The position numbers were made by a program, and so were the translations under genes. The notes beneath the pieces were generated by a model, which was not told the DNA's origin, searched no databases, and worked only from the letters and a program-made list of their open reading frames with translations. From positions 12,772,001-12,836,000 of the forward strand of contig OZ024761.1 in the NCBI GenBank assembly GCA_964016885.1: a DNA stretch of 64,000 bases. Reading direction: 5' to 3'. Below, piece after piece: positions 16,301 to 29,780 of this stretch (position 1 is its first letter; each line of letters begins with the position of its first letter). The DNA comes from Eledone cirrhosa (taxonomy: Eukaryota).

Positions 16301-16910
16301 TTTTTATGCAGCTGTCATATATTATATATATATATTATATATTATATATATATATTATATATATATATTATATATATATATTATATATATATATTATATA
16401 TATATATTATATATATATATTATATATATATTATATATATATATTATATATATATTATATATATATTATATATTATATATATATATATATATTATATATA
16501 TATATATATATTATATATTATATATATATATTATATATATATATTATATATATATATTATATATATATATTATATATATATATTATATATATATATTATA
16601 TATATATATTATATATATATTATATATATATATTATATATATATTATATATATATTATATATTATATATATATATATATATTATATATATATATATATAT
16701 TATATATATATATATATTATATATATTATATATATTATATATATTATATATATATATTATATTATATATATATATTATATATTATATATATATATTATAT
16801 ATTATATATATATATTATATATTATATATATATATTATATATTATATATATATATTATATTATATATATATATTATATATTATTTATATATTATATATAT
16901 ATATATATAT

Positions 16911-16942
<32 letters not shown>

Positions 16943-17053
16943 ATATATCATATATATATATTATATTTATATATTATATATATATATATATTATATTTAT
17001 ATATTATATATATATATATATTATATATATATATATATTATTATTATTATGTA

Positions 17054-17344
17054 ATAAACAACATAAGGCAATTATTCCATTTACCAGTGGTTTCTTAAAA
17101 GCAAAAGGTTTTGCTTTCAATCCTCAGAATGAAAAATCCTGGTTTGTTTATTGAATATGGATTCTAAAAACGAAAATGCAATCTATATGAAAGTGAGGCT
17201 GGAAAAGGGAGAAGGAAAGGAAAAATAAAATAAAATAAAACTACACATGCAAACACACACAAAAAAACCCCAAAAGCATACTTACACACACACACATATA
17301 TACACATATAATTTGCACGCATACACATATACACATACATATAC

Positions 17345-17387
<43 letters not shown>

Positions 17388-17554
17388 CATACACATACAT
17401 ACACATATATATATATATATAAAGAGCGTACACCTACACACACATACACATATATATACACACATATACACATACATATATTCATACATACACACGCACA
17501 CACACACACACACACATACACACACACACACATATACATACACATGTACATATC

Positions 17555-17586
<32 letters not shown>

Positions 17587-17727
17587 TACACATACATATA
17601 CACACATATACACATATACATACACACACACACACACGTATTTGCATGTGTATAATTGTTTAGCTATGTATGTATATGTGTGTTTACGTATTTATATGTG
17701 TGTGTGCGTTTATATTTTTATATTTTG

Positions 17728-17772
<45 letters not shown>

Positions 17773-18223
17773 GTGTGTGTGTGTGTATATAATTACATAT
17801 ACATGTGTGTGTTTATATTGTATACGTGTACGTGTTTACGTATGTATGTGTATGTACGTGTTTATGTATTTGTATATGTATATTTATGTGTGAGAGTGTG
17901 TGTATGTGTTTACTATTTCGAACGTATGTATATGCGCTTATGTGTGTATTACTTACCACGCGTGTCTGTCCTGTTAGCTGGGGCATGTATCGCTGTCAAA
18001 TATTTGTTAATATTATTTATATATTTTTTTCTTATATTTATTTGCGTGTGTTAATATGTAGTGGAGTGCATTCATGTATGTGTATGTATGTATGTACGTT
18101 GTATGTTTGTGTGAATGTATGTATATGTGTGTGTATATATATGTGTGTGTGTATGTGTAGGCTTGTACACACACATGTGTGTGTGTGTGTATGTATATGT
18201 GTATATGTGTGTATATGTATGTG

Positions 18224-18259
<36 letters not shown>

Positions 18260-18426
18260 GATATGTACATGTGTATGTATATGTGTGTGTGTGTGTATGT
18301 GTGTGTGTGTGTGTGTGCGTGTGTATGTATGAATATATGTATGTGTATATGTGTGTATATATATGTGTATGTGTGTGTAGGTGTACGCTCTTTATATATA
18401 TATATATATGTGTATGTATGTGTATG

Positions 18427-18469
<43 letters not shown>

Positions 18470-18761
18470 GTATATGTATGTGTATATGTGTATGCGTGCA
18501 AATTATATGTGTATATATGTGTGTGTGTGTAAGTATGCTTTTGGGGTTTTTTTGTGTGTGTTTGCATGTGTAGTTTTATTTTATTTTATTTTTCCTTTCC
18601 TTCTCCCTTTTCCAGCCTCACTTTCATATAGATTGCATTTTCGTTTTTAGAATCCATATTCAATAAACAAACCAGGATTTTTCATTCTGAGGATTGAAAG
18701 CAAAACCTTTTGCTTTTAAGAAACCACTGGTAAAATGGAATAATTGCCTTATGTTGTTTAT
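17054..18761. repeat. ~590-bp inverted duplication (17054-17640 / 18175-18761) abutting the gap
   Basis: The ORF track shows mirrored identical peptides (e.g. 17164-17433 - and 18381-18650 +); the right arm ends at the N run. Confidence 0.9.
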
Positions 18762-18961
18762 NNNNNNNNNNNNNNNNNNNNNNNNNNNNNNNNNNNNNNN
18801 NNNNNNNNNNNNNNNNNNNNNNNNNNNNNNNNNNNNNNNNNNNNNNNNNNNNNNNNNNNNNNNNNNNNNNNNNNNNNNNNNNNNNNNNNNNNNNNNNNNN
18901 NNNNNNNNNNNNNNNNNNNNNNNNNNNNNNNNNNNNNNNNNNNNNNNNNNNNNNNNNNNNN
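18762..18961. other. Assembly gap (200 N)
   Basis: Run of exactly 200 N, so the true size is unknown. Confidence 1.
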
Positions 18962-20149
18962 CCAAAAATCGATAGACAGACAGACAACCACAGATATACA
19001 ATATAGTATAATATATATTGGTTAGAAGGAAACTAATGCAGTAGTAGAGATGCTATTGTTAGTTCTTGTCTTCATCTTATTCAACCTTGCTTCTCTCCAC
19101 TGTTATCCTGTTCTCCATCTCACCACATTTCTTATACATTCTATCCCTCTTCTTCTCTGTTCTCTTAACCAGTTAGCATTTAAACCGGTCGGAACCAGCC
19201 AGAATTCTCTCACCTTTTTCTCTTTAAATTGGCTACTCATACTGATGTTAAGGGATTGTTCTCAAAATAAATAATATCAAAATCTCAGATTTGGTATTAC
19301 AACAAAAATATAGTAAATATAGAGTAATGTAAATGCTAAAAGGTTAAAGGTTTGTTAACCTGATTATTTATATATATATATATATTATCATTTCCGTTTA
19401 ATGTCAATTGTTCCACGCTTGCATGGGTTAGACAGGTTGTCCATGCTGGGAGGCAAGTCTGGCCATGTGTGCTCAAGCGAAGATTAAATTTGGCTGGGTA
19501 TGTTACAGCTGGATGCCCTTCCTAACACCAACCACGTTTATATATATATATATATATCATCATCACCTTTTAACGTCTATAGTTCATGCTAGCATGGGTT
19601 GGACGGGTTTGTCCCATTTGAGGCAAGTTAGGTCAGGTGACTGTCTCGTTTGCATAGGACTTTCTGGCTGGCATTCTACGGCTGGATACCTCTCCTAACG
19701 CCAACCACATTTATGGTGTGTGTGTATATATAAATATATATATATAGCAGAAGTCAGTAGATTAGAATTTACCTCATTTATTTGTTATACAGTCGCTCCA
19801 GTTTAACCCTTTAGCATATAAAGCAGCCATATCCGGCCAAAATTCTGTCACCTTTTTCTGTTCAAACTTGCCATAACCAGCCTCATAGATTCAATATTAT
19901 GTGAGATAAAGACTTTACTCTATATTTTCATGGTAATGTAAATGTTAAAGGGTTAAACCAGCTGTATCTGGCCAGAATTCTCTCATTTCTTTCTGTTCAA
20001 ACTGGCCACTCGTACTGAAGTTAAGGTATTTTTCTCAAAATTTCATAGATTCGATATTATGTGAGATAAATCCTTTAACATGAAAATACAACTGTATATA
20101 TAGAGTTAAGCAAATGTTAAAGCGTTAATAAATAACATGAAATATATAA

Positions 20150-20188
20150 ACAAAAAGACAAAACTGATTATTTATCCGTACTTTTATT
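20150..20188 (-). terminator. Enolase polyadenylation signal with downstream U/GU-rich element
   Basis: AATAAA on the - strand at 20183-20188, about 165 nt after the stop, followed about 20 nt later by GTTTTGTCTTTTTG. Confidence 0.65.
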
Positions 20189-20352
20189 AGTACCCGTGTA
20201 TTACAAGAGTTCTAAAAGATGTATTATATCCTGGTTATACAGATGTTACAAATTAATTTTACAAGAGACGGTAAACATTGGCCTGTTTATATTAAATCAG
20301 AGCCAAAAGAAACGATGGAAAGTAGAAGGGTGAAGAATCACTGGCAATCAAC

Positions 20353-20499
<147 letters not shown>

Positions 20500-20605
20500 T
20501 TAAGTAAAGACATAAAAAAAAAAAAGACAGTACATTTTTATATTACTAGAATTTTTTTCAACAAGCTGGCACGTATATCTATATATATACATTTATATAT
20601 GAGTA

Positions 20606-21088
20606 TCTATATACATAAATGACAATTTCTGTCTGTCTGTGTTTGTTTGTGAACCTAAAACTCAAAAACTCCCAAACCGATCTTGATGAAACTTGACGCG
20701 TGTGTGGGGCTCATGTCCATTTGATTTCTTAGTATATTTCATTTTAATCAAAGGGTTCCCCAGGGGCACAAACCCCCACTGAAAATGTTTTTCCTTCGAT
20801 TTATATGAAACTTAAACCATAGGTAAATGACAAGATAAGATGCCTATTCACAAAAGTTTTGAATTGATATTTTGAAAAAAATTATTTACAAGAAACAAAA
20901 TGAGAATAAGATTTAATAATGTAATTTTGATTTGATATATTACAAAAAATAATGTTTTTCCAAATTTTCATGCATTACATTTTACATTGAGTAATATTGA
21001 AATGCAGAGTTTTTCCCCATTAATTATATCAATCATTTTCTTACAAAAAAATGTGTGAAACGCAGCAGGGCGCGGGTAATTAGGCTAG
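20606..21088 (+). mobile_element. Non-autonomous Helitron-like element in the last enolase intron
   Basis: A|TCTATATACATAAA 5' end, (CTGT)n stretch, GC-rich subterminal patch and CTAG|T 3' end; no TSD. Confidence 0.6.
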
Positions 21089-21328
21089 TGTAAATATAAA
21101 CACGCAAACAGACTTACCACTCACACACAGTGTAGCAAATGAAACGCCAGCTGCTGTTTTGCTAGTTTTTTTTCACCATCCTCTCCCTTTCTTTTACACA
21201 AACATATACATACACTCACACACAGTGTAGCAAATGAAACGCCAGGTGCTGTTTAGCTATAGTGTTTTCACCATCCTCATCCTTCCTTTTACACACACAT
21301 ACGTAGTAATAATAATAATAATACAAAC

Positions 21329-21437
21329 CTGTCCAGTGCATAGACCAACAACCAAATCAGCAATGAAAGTGTCTTCAGTCTCACCACTGCGATGAGAAAC
21401 CATCACACCCCAACCTGCATCTTGAGACATCTTACAT
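21329..21437 (-). CDS. ENO: Enolase coding exon 11
   Basis: [36 protein letters not shown] (SHRSGE motif); 109 nt. Confidence 0.98.
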
Positions 21438-21852
21438 CTATTGAAGAGGAAAAATAAAGTTAGCTTTAATCTCTTTCATTACCATATTTCTAATGAAAGA
21501 CACTGTCTATGTCATTAACCCTGTCATTACCATATCTCTAATGAAAGGCACTGTCTATGTCATTAATAAACAAGAATTTGGAAGGATTCAGTAACATAAC
21601 TTTCTCACTGTTAATCTGATGTTTGGAACATAAATTTTATGAGAACCATTGTTAAGTTATGAGGGAAGGTTTTAAAGTAAATATAATAAACACTTTTATA
21701 ACTAGGGTCAGTTTGGTATGTAAAAGCCTAACCCTTTAGCATTTAAACCGGCTGTATCCAACCAGAATTCTCTCACCTCCTGTTTAAACTGGCCATAAGT
21801 GACTGCTCATACTGACGTAAAATAAATAATATCAAAATCTTATAAATTCGAT

Positions 21853-22430
21853 ATTATGTGAGATAATTATGTGAAGTAAAACCTTTACTGTGAAAATACA
21901 ATAGTATATATAGAGTAATGTAAATGTTGTGTGAGATATTATGAGAGGTAAAGTCTTTACTGTGAAAATACAATAGTATATATAGAGTAATGTAAATGTT
22001 ATGCGAGATATTATGTGAGGTAAAGCCTTTACTGTGAAAATACAATAGTATATATAGAGTAATGTAAATGTTATGTGAGATATTATGAGAGATAAAGTCT
22101 TTACTGTGAAAATACAATAGTATATATAGAGTAATGTAAATGTTATGTGAGATATTATGTGAGGTAAAGCCTTTACTGTGACAATACAATAGTATATATA
22201 GAGTAATGTAAATGTTATGTGAGATATTATGAGAGGTAAAGTCTTTACTGTGACAATACAATAGTATATATAGAGTAATGTAAATGTTATGTGAGATATT
22301 ATGAGAGGTAAAGTCTTTACTGTGACAATACAATAGTATATATAGAGTAATGTAAATGTTATGCGAGATATTATGTGAGGTAAAGCCTTTACTGTGAAAA
22401 TACAATAGTAAATATAGAGTAATGTAAATG
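21853..22430. repeat. 72-bp minisatellite (~8 units) inside a piggyBac-like MITE
   Basis: Unit tgtgaaaatacaatagtatatatagagtaatgtaaatgttatgtgagatattatgtgaggtaaagcctttac. Confidence 0.9.
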
Positions 22431-22501
22431 CTAAAGGCTTAAAAGGGTTCAGGTAAAATACATATCAAGTGAGGGGAGGGTAAAGTATTCATTTAACTTA
22501 C

Positions 22502-22618
22502 GCTTTGATAGATTCTGTGACGGAACCAATCTGATTGACTTTCAGAAGTAAAGCATTGGCAGCTTTGATATCAATACCTTTCTGGACTCTCTTGGGGTTG
22601 GTCACCAAAAGATCGTCC
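22502..22618 (-). CDS. ENO: Enolase coding exon 10
   Basis: [38 protein letters not shown](A), containing the enolase signature [13 protein letters not shown]; 117 nt. Confidence 0.98.
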
Positions 22619-22665
22619 CTGGAAAACAGACAAACAAATTAATATTTTAGTATTGACTATGATAA

Positions 22666-22912
22666 GGTGTATGGCCTAGTGGTTAGTGTGTGTGTATAGC
22701 CTAGTGGTTAGTGTGTGTGTATGGCCTAGTGGTTAGTGTGTGTGTATGGCCTAGTGGTTAGTGTGTGTGTATGGCCTAGTGGTTAGTGTGTGTGTATGGC
22801 CTAGTGGTTAGTGTGTGTGTATAGCCTAGTGGTTAGTGTGTGTGTATAGCCTAGTGGTTAGGGTGTGTCTGGTCTAGTGGTTAGGGTGTGTGTTTGTGTG
22901 GTTTAGTGGTTA
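22666..22912. repeat. 25-bp minisatellite (~9 units) built on a tRNA/SINE A-box
   Basis: Unit ggcctagtggttagtgtgtgtgtat. Confidence 0.9.
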
Positions 22913-23039
22913 GGGAGTGTGATCCTTTCTAAGGGGTCATTCCAGAGTCTCCTCATATATTTCTGAGCTCCTTCCTCTGTTTCAAGGGAACTCAACCCAA
23001 CCCAAAATATTGAGTGTACTGATAACACACACACAAACA

Positions 23040-23590
23040 CCCAACACCACCACCACAACAACCACCACCACCACCACCACAACAACCACCACTACCACAT
23101 CACCACAACAACAACAACCACCACATCACCACAACAACAACAACCACCACTACCACATCACCACAACAACAACAACCACCACCACCACATCACCACAACA
23201 ACAACCACCACACCACCACCACATCACCACAACAACAACCACCACATCACCACAACAACAACAACAACAACCACCACCACATCACCACAACAACCACCAC
23301 CACAACATCAACCACCACCGCCACAACAACAACAACATCAACCACCACCGCCACAACAACAACCACAACAACATCAACCACTACCACTACCACTACCACC
23401 ACCACCACCACAACCACCACCACCACCACAACATCAACCACAACCACCAGCACCACAACATCAACCACCACCACCACATCAACCACTATCACAACCACAA
23501 CCACCACCACCACAACCACAACCACCACCACCACCACAACAACAACCACCACCACCACCACCACCACCAGCACCACTACAACAACCACAA
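23040..23590. repeat. (CAC/CAA)n trinucleotide microsatellite
   Basis: Direct inspection. Confidence 0.95.
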
Positions 23591-23605
23591 AATGGTGTTA
23601 CATAC

Positions 23606-23745
23606 CCAACAATCTGGATTTTCATCTCTCCAGTAAATTTAGAGTAAGCTTCCCAATCATCTTGATCAAAAGGATCTTCAATTGAAGTGACAGGGTAATT
23701 CTTGACGAAATCCTTGTATAAATTGGCCAGTTCATCAGAGGTTAG
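23606..23745 (-). CDS. ENO: Enolase coding exon 9
   Basis: [46 protein letters not shown](G); ttacAG| acceptor, |GTATGT donor; 140 nt. Confidence 0.97.
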
Positions 23746-23995
23746 CTGTAACAGAAATTAATTAAACCCCTTCGTTAGTATATCTTTAATGAAAGACACT
23801 GTCTATGTCATTAACCCTTTCATTACCATATTTCTAATGAAAGACACTGTCTATGTCATTAACCCTTTCATTACCATATTTCTAATGAAAGGCACTAAGT
23901 ATGTCCTTAACCCTTTCATGAAAGACACTGCTTGCTTTTCAAATAATTTTGAAAATAATCATCCACGTATATACATACATATACACAAACACACA

Positions 23996-24062
<67 letters not shown>

Positions 24063-24353
24063 GCGTGTGCGTGCGCGTGCGTGTGCGTGCGCGTGCGCGC
24101 GCGCGCGCACACTGATATCATCATAATCCTCACTATTTAATGTTCACATGGGTTAGATGTGCTTTTTAGGTTATGAGACATTTTATCCTCGTCTTGCTTA
24201 TATGGCTTGCTGTATTTTGGCTTGGTTTTTACAGCTGGATGCCCTTCTTAATGCTAACCACGTTACAGTATGGACTGGGTGCTTTATATCATGGCACCAA
24301 AACGACCATTTAACAGAGTGGGCTATGTGCTTTTCGTTGTGGAAACAGCATTA

Positions 24354-24695
<342 letters not shown>

Positions 24696-24764
24696 TCAAT
24701 GAGGCCAAGTAGAGTTGTGTGTCTTGCTTAAGGTACATTTAGAAGAGTTGTGTGTCTTTGAGCT

Positions 24765-25062
24765 GCCAGCCAACAGATGTGACTGTTGCAGATGGCAGTC
24801 AACAGATGTGACTCAGTAGATGACAGTCAACAGATGTGACAGTTGCAGATCACAGTTGCAGATGACAGTCAACAGATGTGACTGTTGCAGATGACAGTCA
24901 ACAGATGTGACTCAGCAGATGTTATTCAACAGATAATAGTTAACAGATGACAGCCAACAGATGTGACTTAGCAGATAATAGTTAACAGATGACAGCCAAC
25001 AGATGTGACTTAGCAGATAATAGTCAACAGATGTGACTCACTAGATGACAGTCAACAGATGT
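24765..25062. repeat. Degenerate minisatellite (gacagtcaacagatgtgact core)
   Basis: About 10 variable-length units. Confidence 0.8.
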
Positions 25063-25102
25063 ATGGCAAGAAGAAGAAAGAAAGCAAAACTAAGATATTT
25101 AC

Positions 25103-25192
25103 CATCTTGTCCATATTTCTTCTTAATGACGGCTTTAAGATGATGATAAATCTCTGTACCCATCTTCATGGCTTCAGTGAACGATTTAGCAC
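25103..25192 (-). CDS. ENO: Enolase coding exon 7
   Basis: (G)[29 protein letters not shown]; ctccAG| acceptor, |GTAAAT donor; 90 nt. Confidence 0.97.
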
Positions 25193-25202
25193 CTGGAGTA
25201 AC

Positions 25203-26270
25203 AGTATAGTAGAGTGTAGTGGTGGTGGTGGTAGTATATATAGTATAGTGTAGTGTAGTGGTGGTGGTAGTATATATAGTGTAGTGGTGGTGGTGGTATA
25301 TATAGTATAGTGTAGTGTAGTGGTAGATAGAGTGTAGTGGTGGTGGTAGTATATATAGTATAGTGTAGTGGTGGTGGTAGTATATATAGTATAGTGTAGT
25401 GTAGTGGTGGTGGTAGTATATATAGTATAGTGTAGTGTAGTGGTAGAGTGTAGTGGTGGTGGTGGTAGTATATATAGTATAGTGTAGTGTAGTGGTGGTG
25501 GTAGATATAGTGTAGTACAGTGTAGTAGTGGTGGTGGTAGATATAGTGTAGTGGTAGTAGATATAGTGTAGTACAGTGTAGTAGTGGTAGTAGATATAGT
25601 GTAGTACAGTGTAGTGGTGGTAGTAGATATAGTGTAGTACAGTGTAGTGGTAGTAGATATAATGTAGTAGTGTAGTGGTGGTAGTAGTAGATATAGTGTA
25701 GTACAGTGTAGTAGTGGTGGTGGTAGATATAGTGTAGTATAGTGGTGGTGGTAGATATAGTGTAGTGGTGGTAGTAGATATAGTGTAGTACAGTGTAGTG
25801 GTGGTGGTAGTAGATATAGTGTAGTACAGTGTAGTGGTAGTAGATATAGTGTAGTACAGTGTAGTAGTGGTGGTAGTAGATATAGTGTAGTATAGTGGTG
25901 GTGGTAGATATAGTGTAGTACAGTGTAGTAGATATAGTGTAGTGGTGGTAGTAGATATAGTGTAGTACAGTGTAGTGGTGGTGGTAGTAGATATAGTGTA
26001 GTACAGTGTAGTAGTGGTGGTAGTAGATATAGTGTAGTAGTGGTAGTAGATATAGTGTAGTACAGTGTAGTGGTGGTAGTAGATATAATGTAGTACAGTG
26101 TAGTAGTGGTGGTGGTAGATATAGTGTAGTACAGTGTAGTAGTGGTGGTAGTAGATATAGTGTAGTAGTGGTAGTAGATATAATGTAGTACAGTGTAGTG
26201 GTGGTAGTAGATATAGTGTAGTACAGTGTAGTGGTGGTAGTAGATATAATGTAGTACAGTGTAGTGGTGT
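25203..26270. repeat. Compound gtagt/ggt/atata repeat
   Basis: agatatagtgtagtacagtgtagtggtggtagt units. Confidence 0.9.
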
Positions 26271-26670
26271 GTAAGTATGTATGAGAGATAAGATAAGTTA
26301 GTTATGTATATATATGTGTATGTATGTGTATATATGTATAAGATAAGTTATGTATGTATATATACGTGTATGTACAAAGTGTATGTATTTATAATATAAC
26401 AAGTTAGTTATGTATGTATATACGTGTGTGTGTGTGTATATGAAGTGTATATGTGTATGTATGTGTACATATGTATGTATATGAATATGTATATGGGTAT
26501 ATATATGCATAAGATAAGTTAGTTATGTATGTATATATATATATATGTGTGTGTATGTATGTATATGTCTGTGTATGTGTATGTATGTATATGTCTATGT
26601 ATGTGTATGTCTGTGTATGTGTATGTATATGTATGTATATGGATAGGTATCAGATAAATTAGTTCCATAC

Positions 26671-26812
26671 CAGTTGGGAGAATCATAAACTCTTGCATGG
26701 CCAGTTTGTTACCAGCGTGACTTCCACCATTGATGACATTAAAAGCAGGAACCGGGAGGATAACTTCCTTCTTACCAGCTAAATCAGCTATGTGACGGTA
26801 CAGTGGAACACC
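26671..26812 (-). CDS. ENO: Enolase coding exon 6
   Basis: [47 protein letters not shown] (active-site GGSHA and QEFM); 142 nt; canonical splice sites. Confidence 0.98.
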
Positions 26813-26989
26813 CTGAAACACACAACATAAACATATATTGACCATTTTCTAAGCTGTTTCTAGCTTTATATATAATAATTGTTTCTATATTTGGCACAAG
26901 GCCAGCAATTACCCAGTACATTACTGGTACTTTATTTTATCGACCCCGTAAGGATGAAAGGCAAAGTTAACCTCGCCTTCATATATAAT

Positions 26990-27586
26990 AATAATGAAAT
27001 TATTGTGTACAGTGCTCAGGTGCACCACAACTCATCAAAGGTGCATGTATAGTACATAGAATAATTGTTTCTACTTTTGGCACAAGGCCAGCACATACCC
27101 AGTACATTACTGGTACTTTATTTTTATCGAACCCGTAAGTATGAAAGACAAAGTTAACCTCGACGGGATTTGAACTCAGACCGTAAAGGGACATAACTAT
27201 GCTAGAAAGCATGGTGTCCAACCCTCTACTGATACTGCCAATTCACCGCCCATAGTACATAGAATAATGCACAAATGTCAGGATAGTGAACAGCGTACAA
27301 GTCATGATATACACACACATGCACAAACAATTTATATAATGAAAATGATTCTGTACAGTGCTCAGGAGCACTACAACTCATCAAAGTTGAATGTATAGTA
27401 CATAGAATAATGTACAAATGTCAGGAAAATGAACAGTGTAAGAGTCATGATATACATGTGTGCATGTGTATGGAGGGGTAATATCAGGTGTAGTGTTGGT
27501 GAATTTCAGGAATCATGGATGTTTTGAAGGATGTGTCCCGGCAGCTAACAACTGATGCAGGTAGTTTGTTCCATGCTTCAGCATGA
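26990..27586 (-). mobile_element. CR1-like 3' fragments interrupted by a SINE; single, unexpanded copy of the 61-bp unit
   Basis: Shares tgtacagtgctcaggtgcac/gtcaggaaaatgaacagtg and catggaacaaactacctgcatcagttgttagc with the two other CR1 copies. Confidence 0.75.
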
Positions 27587-27979
27587 ACAAATTACCTGGT
27601 CTATATACATACATGGTGGCTGCCAACTCGTTTTCGAGTACGGCCACTACTTTATATCCATGTAGGAGAACTCCCACCGATGCGCTGAACGAGTGTGACT
27701 TTTTAGTCCAGCCAGCGACTTGAAAACTCTGGTACAAACACTACACTTGTGACAATTATTGACACATAGTGCTGGGCCCATGGCACCATGTGACGACAAG
27801 TGCAGAGAGATTTCCAGATATAAAGCAATGCCTGTGCCGTGAAGCTTTTATAGTGAGCAAAGGCCTGCACAAAGCCAGTCCCACTCTCTTAACCAAGATG
27901 ATATTTACCAAAAAGAAGAACAAGTCAACATCATTGGATACCATCATACATACGTACATATATATATACAGACACAGAG

Positions 27980-28018
27980 ACCAGCCAAATCAGCAATATG
28001 ATGATACAGTGTAACTCC
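27980..28018 (-). pseudogene. Diverged, truncated duplicate of the 5' end of enolase exon 6 (with its own acceptor)
   Basis: gtgtgttttcAG|GGAGTTACACTGTATCATCATATTGCTGATTTGGCTGGT encodes GVTLYHHIADLAG, versus [13 protein letters not shown] at 26774-26812; 32 of 39 nt identical. Confidence 0.85.
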
Positions 28019-28149
28019 CTGAAAACACACACACAAAGTAGAGAGGAACAGTTGAAAGTGTTTACACTCGATTCATTTTCCAGCAAAGGCTTTAAATTAA
28101 ACAACTAGAACTATATGTTCATTATGATTGTCAAGTAATTGATGGTTAC

Positions 28150-28217
28150 CTTAGAAGCTGCTCCAGCTTTACAAGCAGCAAGGGACACACCTAGGATGGC
28201 GTTGGCACCAAGCTTAC
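28150..28217 (-). CDS. ENO: Enolase coding exon 5
   Basis: (S)KLGANAILGVSLAACKAGAASK; tctAG| acceptor, |GTAACC donor; 68 nt. Confidence 0.97.
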
Positions 28218-29185
28218 CTAGACAAGAAAAAAAGAGATAGATAAGCCATTTTAAAATTTCAGTTAACAGTGTTTACATGTACTACAGCTATACTGTGAAA
28301 TGGCTTAGGTTCCTTGTATTGGTGTCATCCAGTACCAAGCTCCAAAACTGGTTCTGCTGTGAGATGGATTTAGCACGGCCAACTAGCTTCTCCCTCCTCA
28401 TAACGGAACAATCCAATTCCACACTTGGTTGGTGTTAGGCAGGGCATCCAGCTGTAAAATACCCAGTCAAATGTACAGTCCTTGTTGGAGCAAGGAACAG
28501 TGTGGCCAACTCTGGCCAGACTTGTCTCCCAGCATGGACGACCTGTCTAACCCATGCAAGCATGGAAAGATGGACGCTAAACAGTGATAATGATGAGGAA
28601 TAGTTAACCCTGTAAAGTGGTAGTGCTGGTGCCAGGATATAATATACTTTCATCCTTCCCCAACCCATGACCCAACCATCTCATTCCTCTTCACAACATC
28701 CATCACCTGCTCTATACCTCTCACCCAGTCACTTTTGTCCATCCTCAGCACATGGCTTAGTGGTTAGAGCATTGGGCTTGCAATCGAAAGGTTGTGAGTT
28801 CAATTCTAGGACCGGGTGATGTGTTGTTTCCTTGAGCAAGACACTTTATTTCACATTGCTCCAGTTTACTCAGCTGTAGAAATGAGATGATAGGGACTGC
28901 GGTCCCTATCATTAAATCACCAAGGACACTTACGAGATATACCTTGGAGGAGGCCAGCTAAATGTGCATAGGTGTGAGCTGTCACACACATGACCCAACC
29001 ATCTCATCTCATTCCATTTCTCGTCACAACATTCACCACTGACTATTCCGCCCAGTCACTTTCGTCCATCCTCAGCACGTGACTCAACCATCTCACCCCC
29101 TTTTCTCCTCACAACAGTCACCACCAACACTATTCCACCCACTCTATTGGACTTTACAGAGAATAAACATGATTAAATTCCATAC

Positions 29186-29255
29186 TTTTGTTTTCTGTTC
29201 CATCAAGACCAAGCAAAAAGTTGTCAACTGCGACTTGATCTTTCTCATCCAGTTG
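29186..29255 (-). CDS. ENO: Enolase coding exon 4
   Basis: QLDEKDQVAVDNFLLGLDGTENK; tttgtAG| acceptor, |GTATGG donor; 70 nt. Confidence 0.96.
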
Positions 29256-29567
29256 CTACAAAAAATAAAATTAAATAACAATTCCATATCTTTAACGAAT
29301 GTCTATGACTTTTGTTTAATGTGGAAAATAGTAAGAATTTGGAGGGATTTAGTAAATAGACTGGTTACCTCCCTTGGTTGTTAGACCCCCCCCCCCCCCC
29401 ACTAACACCATCACCACATTGGAAAAATTAATAAACGGCGGGGTGGTATTATGTTGTGGTGATGACAATTATTCAAGACCCGAGAATACCTGAAGTATTC
29501 AAACTTGACTCAGGTTACCTCCCTTGGCTGGTAGATCTTCACACCAACACCACCACATAGAATCCCT

Positions 29568-29780
29568 TTAACCCTTTAGCATTTACATTACTCTATATAT
29601 GCTATTATATTTTCACGGTAAAGGCTTTATCTCACAAAATATCGAATCTATGAGATTTTGATATTTATTTTGAGAACAATACCTTAACATCAGTATAAGC
29701 AGCCGGTTACAGCCAGTTTGAACAGAAAGAGGTGAGAGAATTCTGGCCGGATACAGCTGGTTTAAATGCTAAAGGGTTAA
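29568..29780. mobile_element. piggyBac-like MITE, about 205 bp (other copies 10629-10805, 19165-19346, 19803-20127, 21729-22442, 33430-33608, 51321-51522)
   Basis: TTAA-CCCTTTAGCATTTA ... TAAATGCTAAAGGG-TTAA: terminal inverted repeats with CCC/GGG ends and a TTAA target. Confidence 0.8.

Noticed and set aside
22598-22618. Enolase DDLLVTN (rather than DDLTVTN) as a sign of horizontal transfer
   Set aside because: It is a single residue; the rest of the protein and six intron positions are animal-type.
23010-23636. Thr/Gln/His/Asn-rich 208-aa ORF
   Set aside because: (CAC/CAA)n microsatellite inside an enolase intron, antisense to the gene, with no supporting gene structure.
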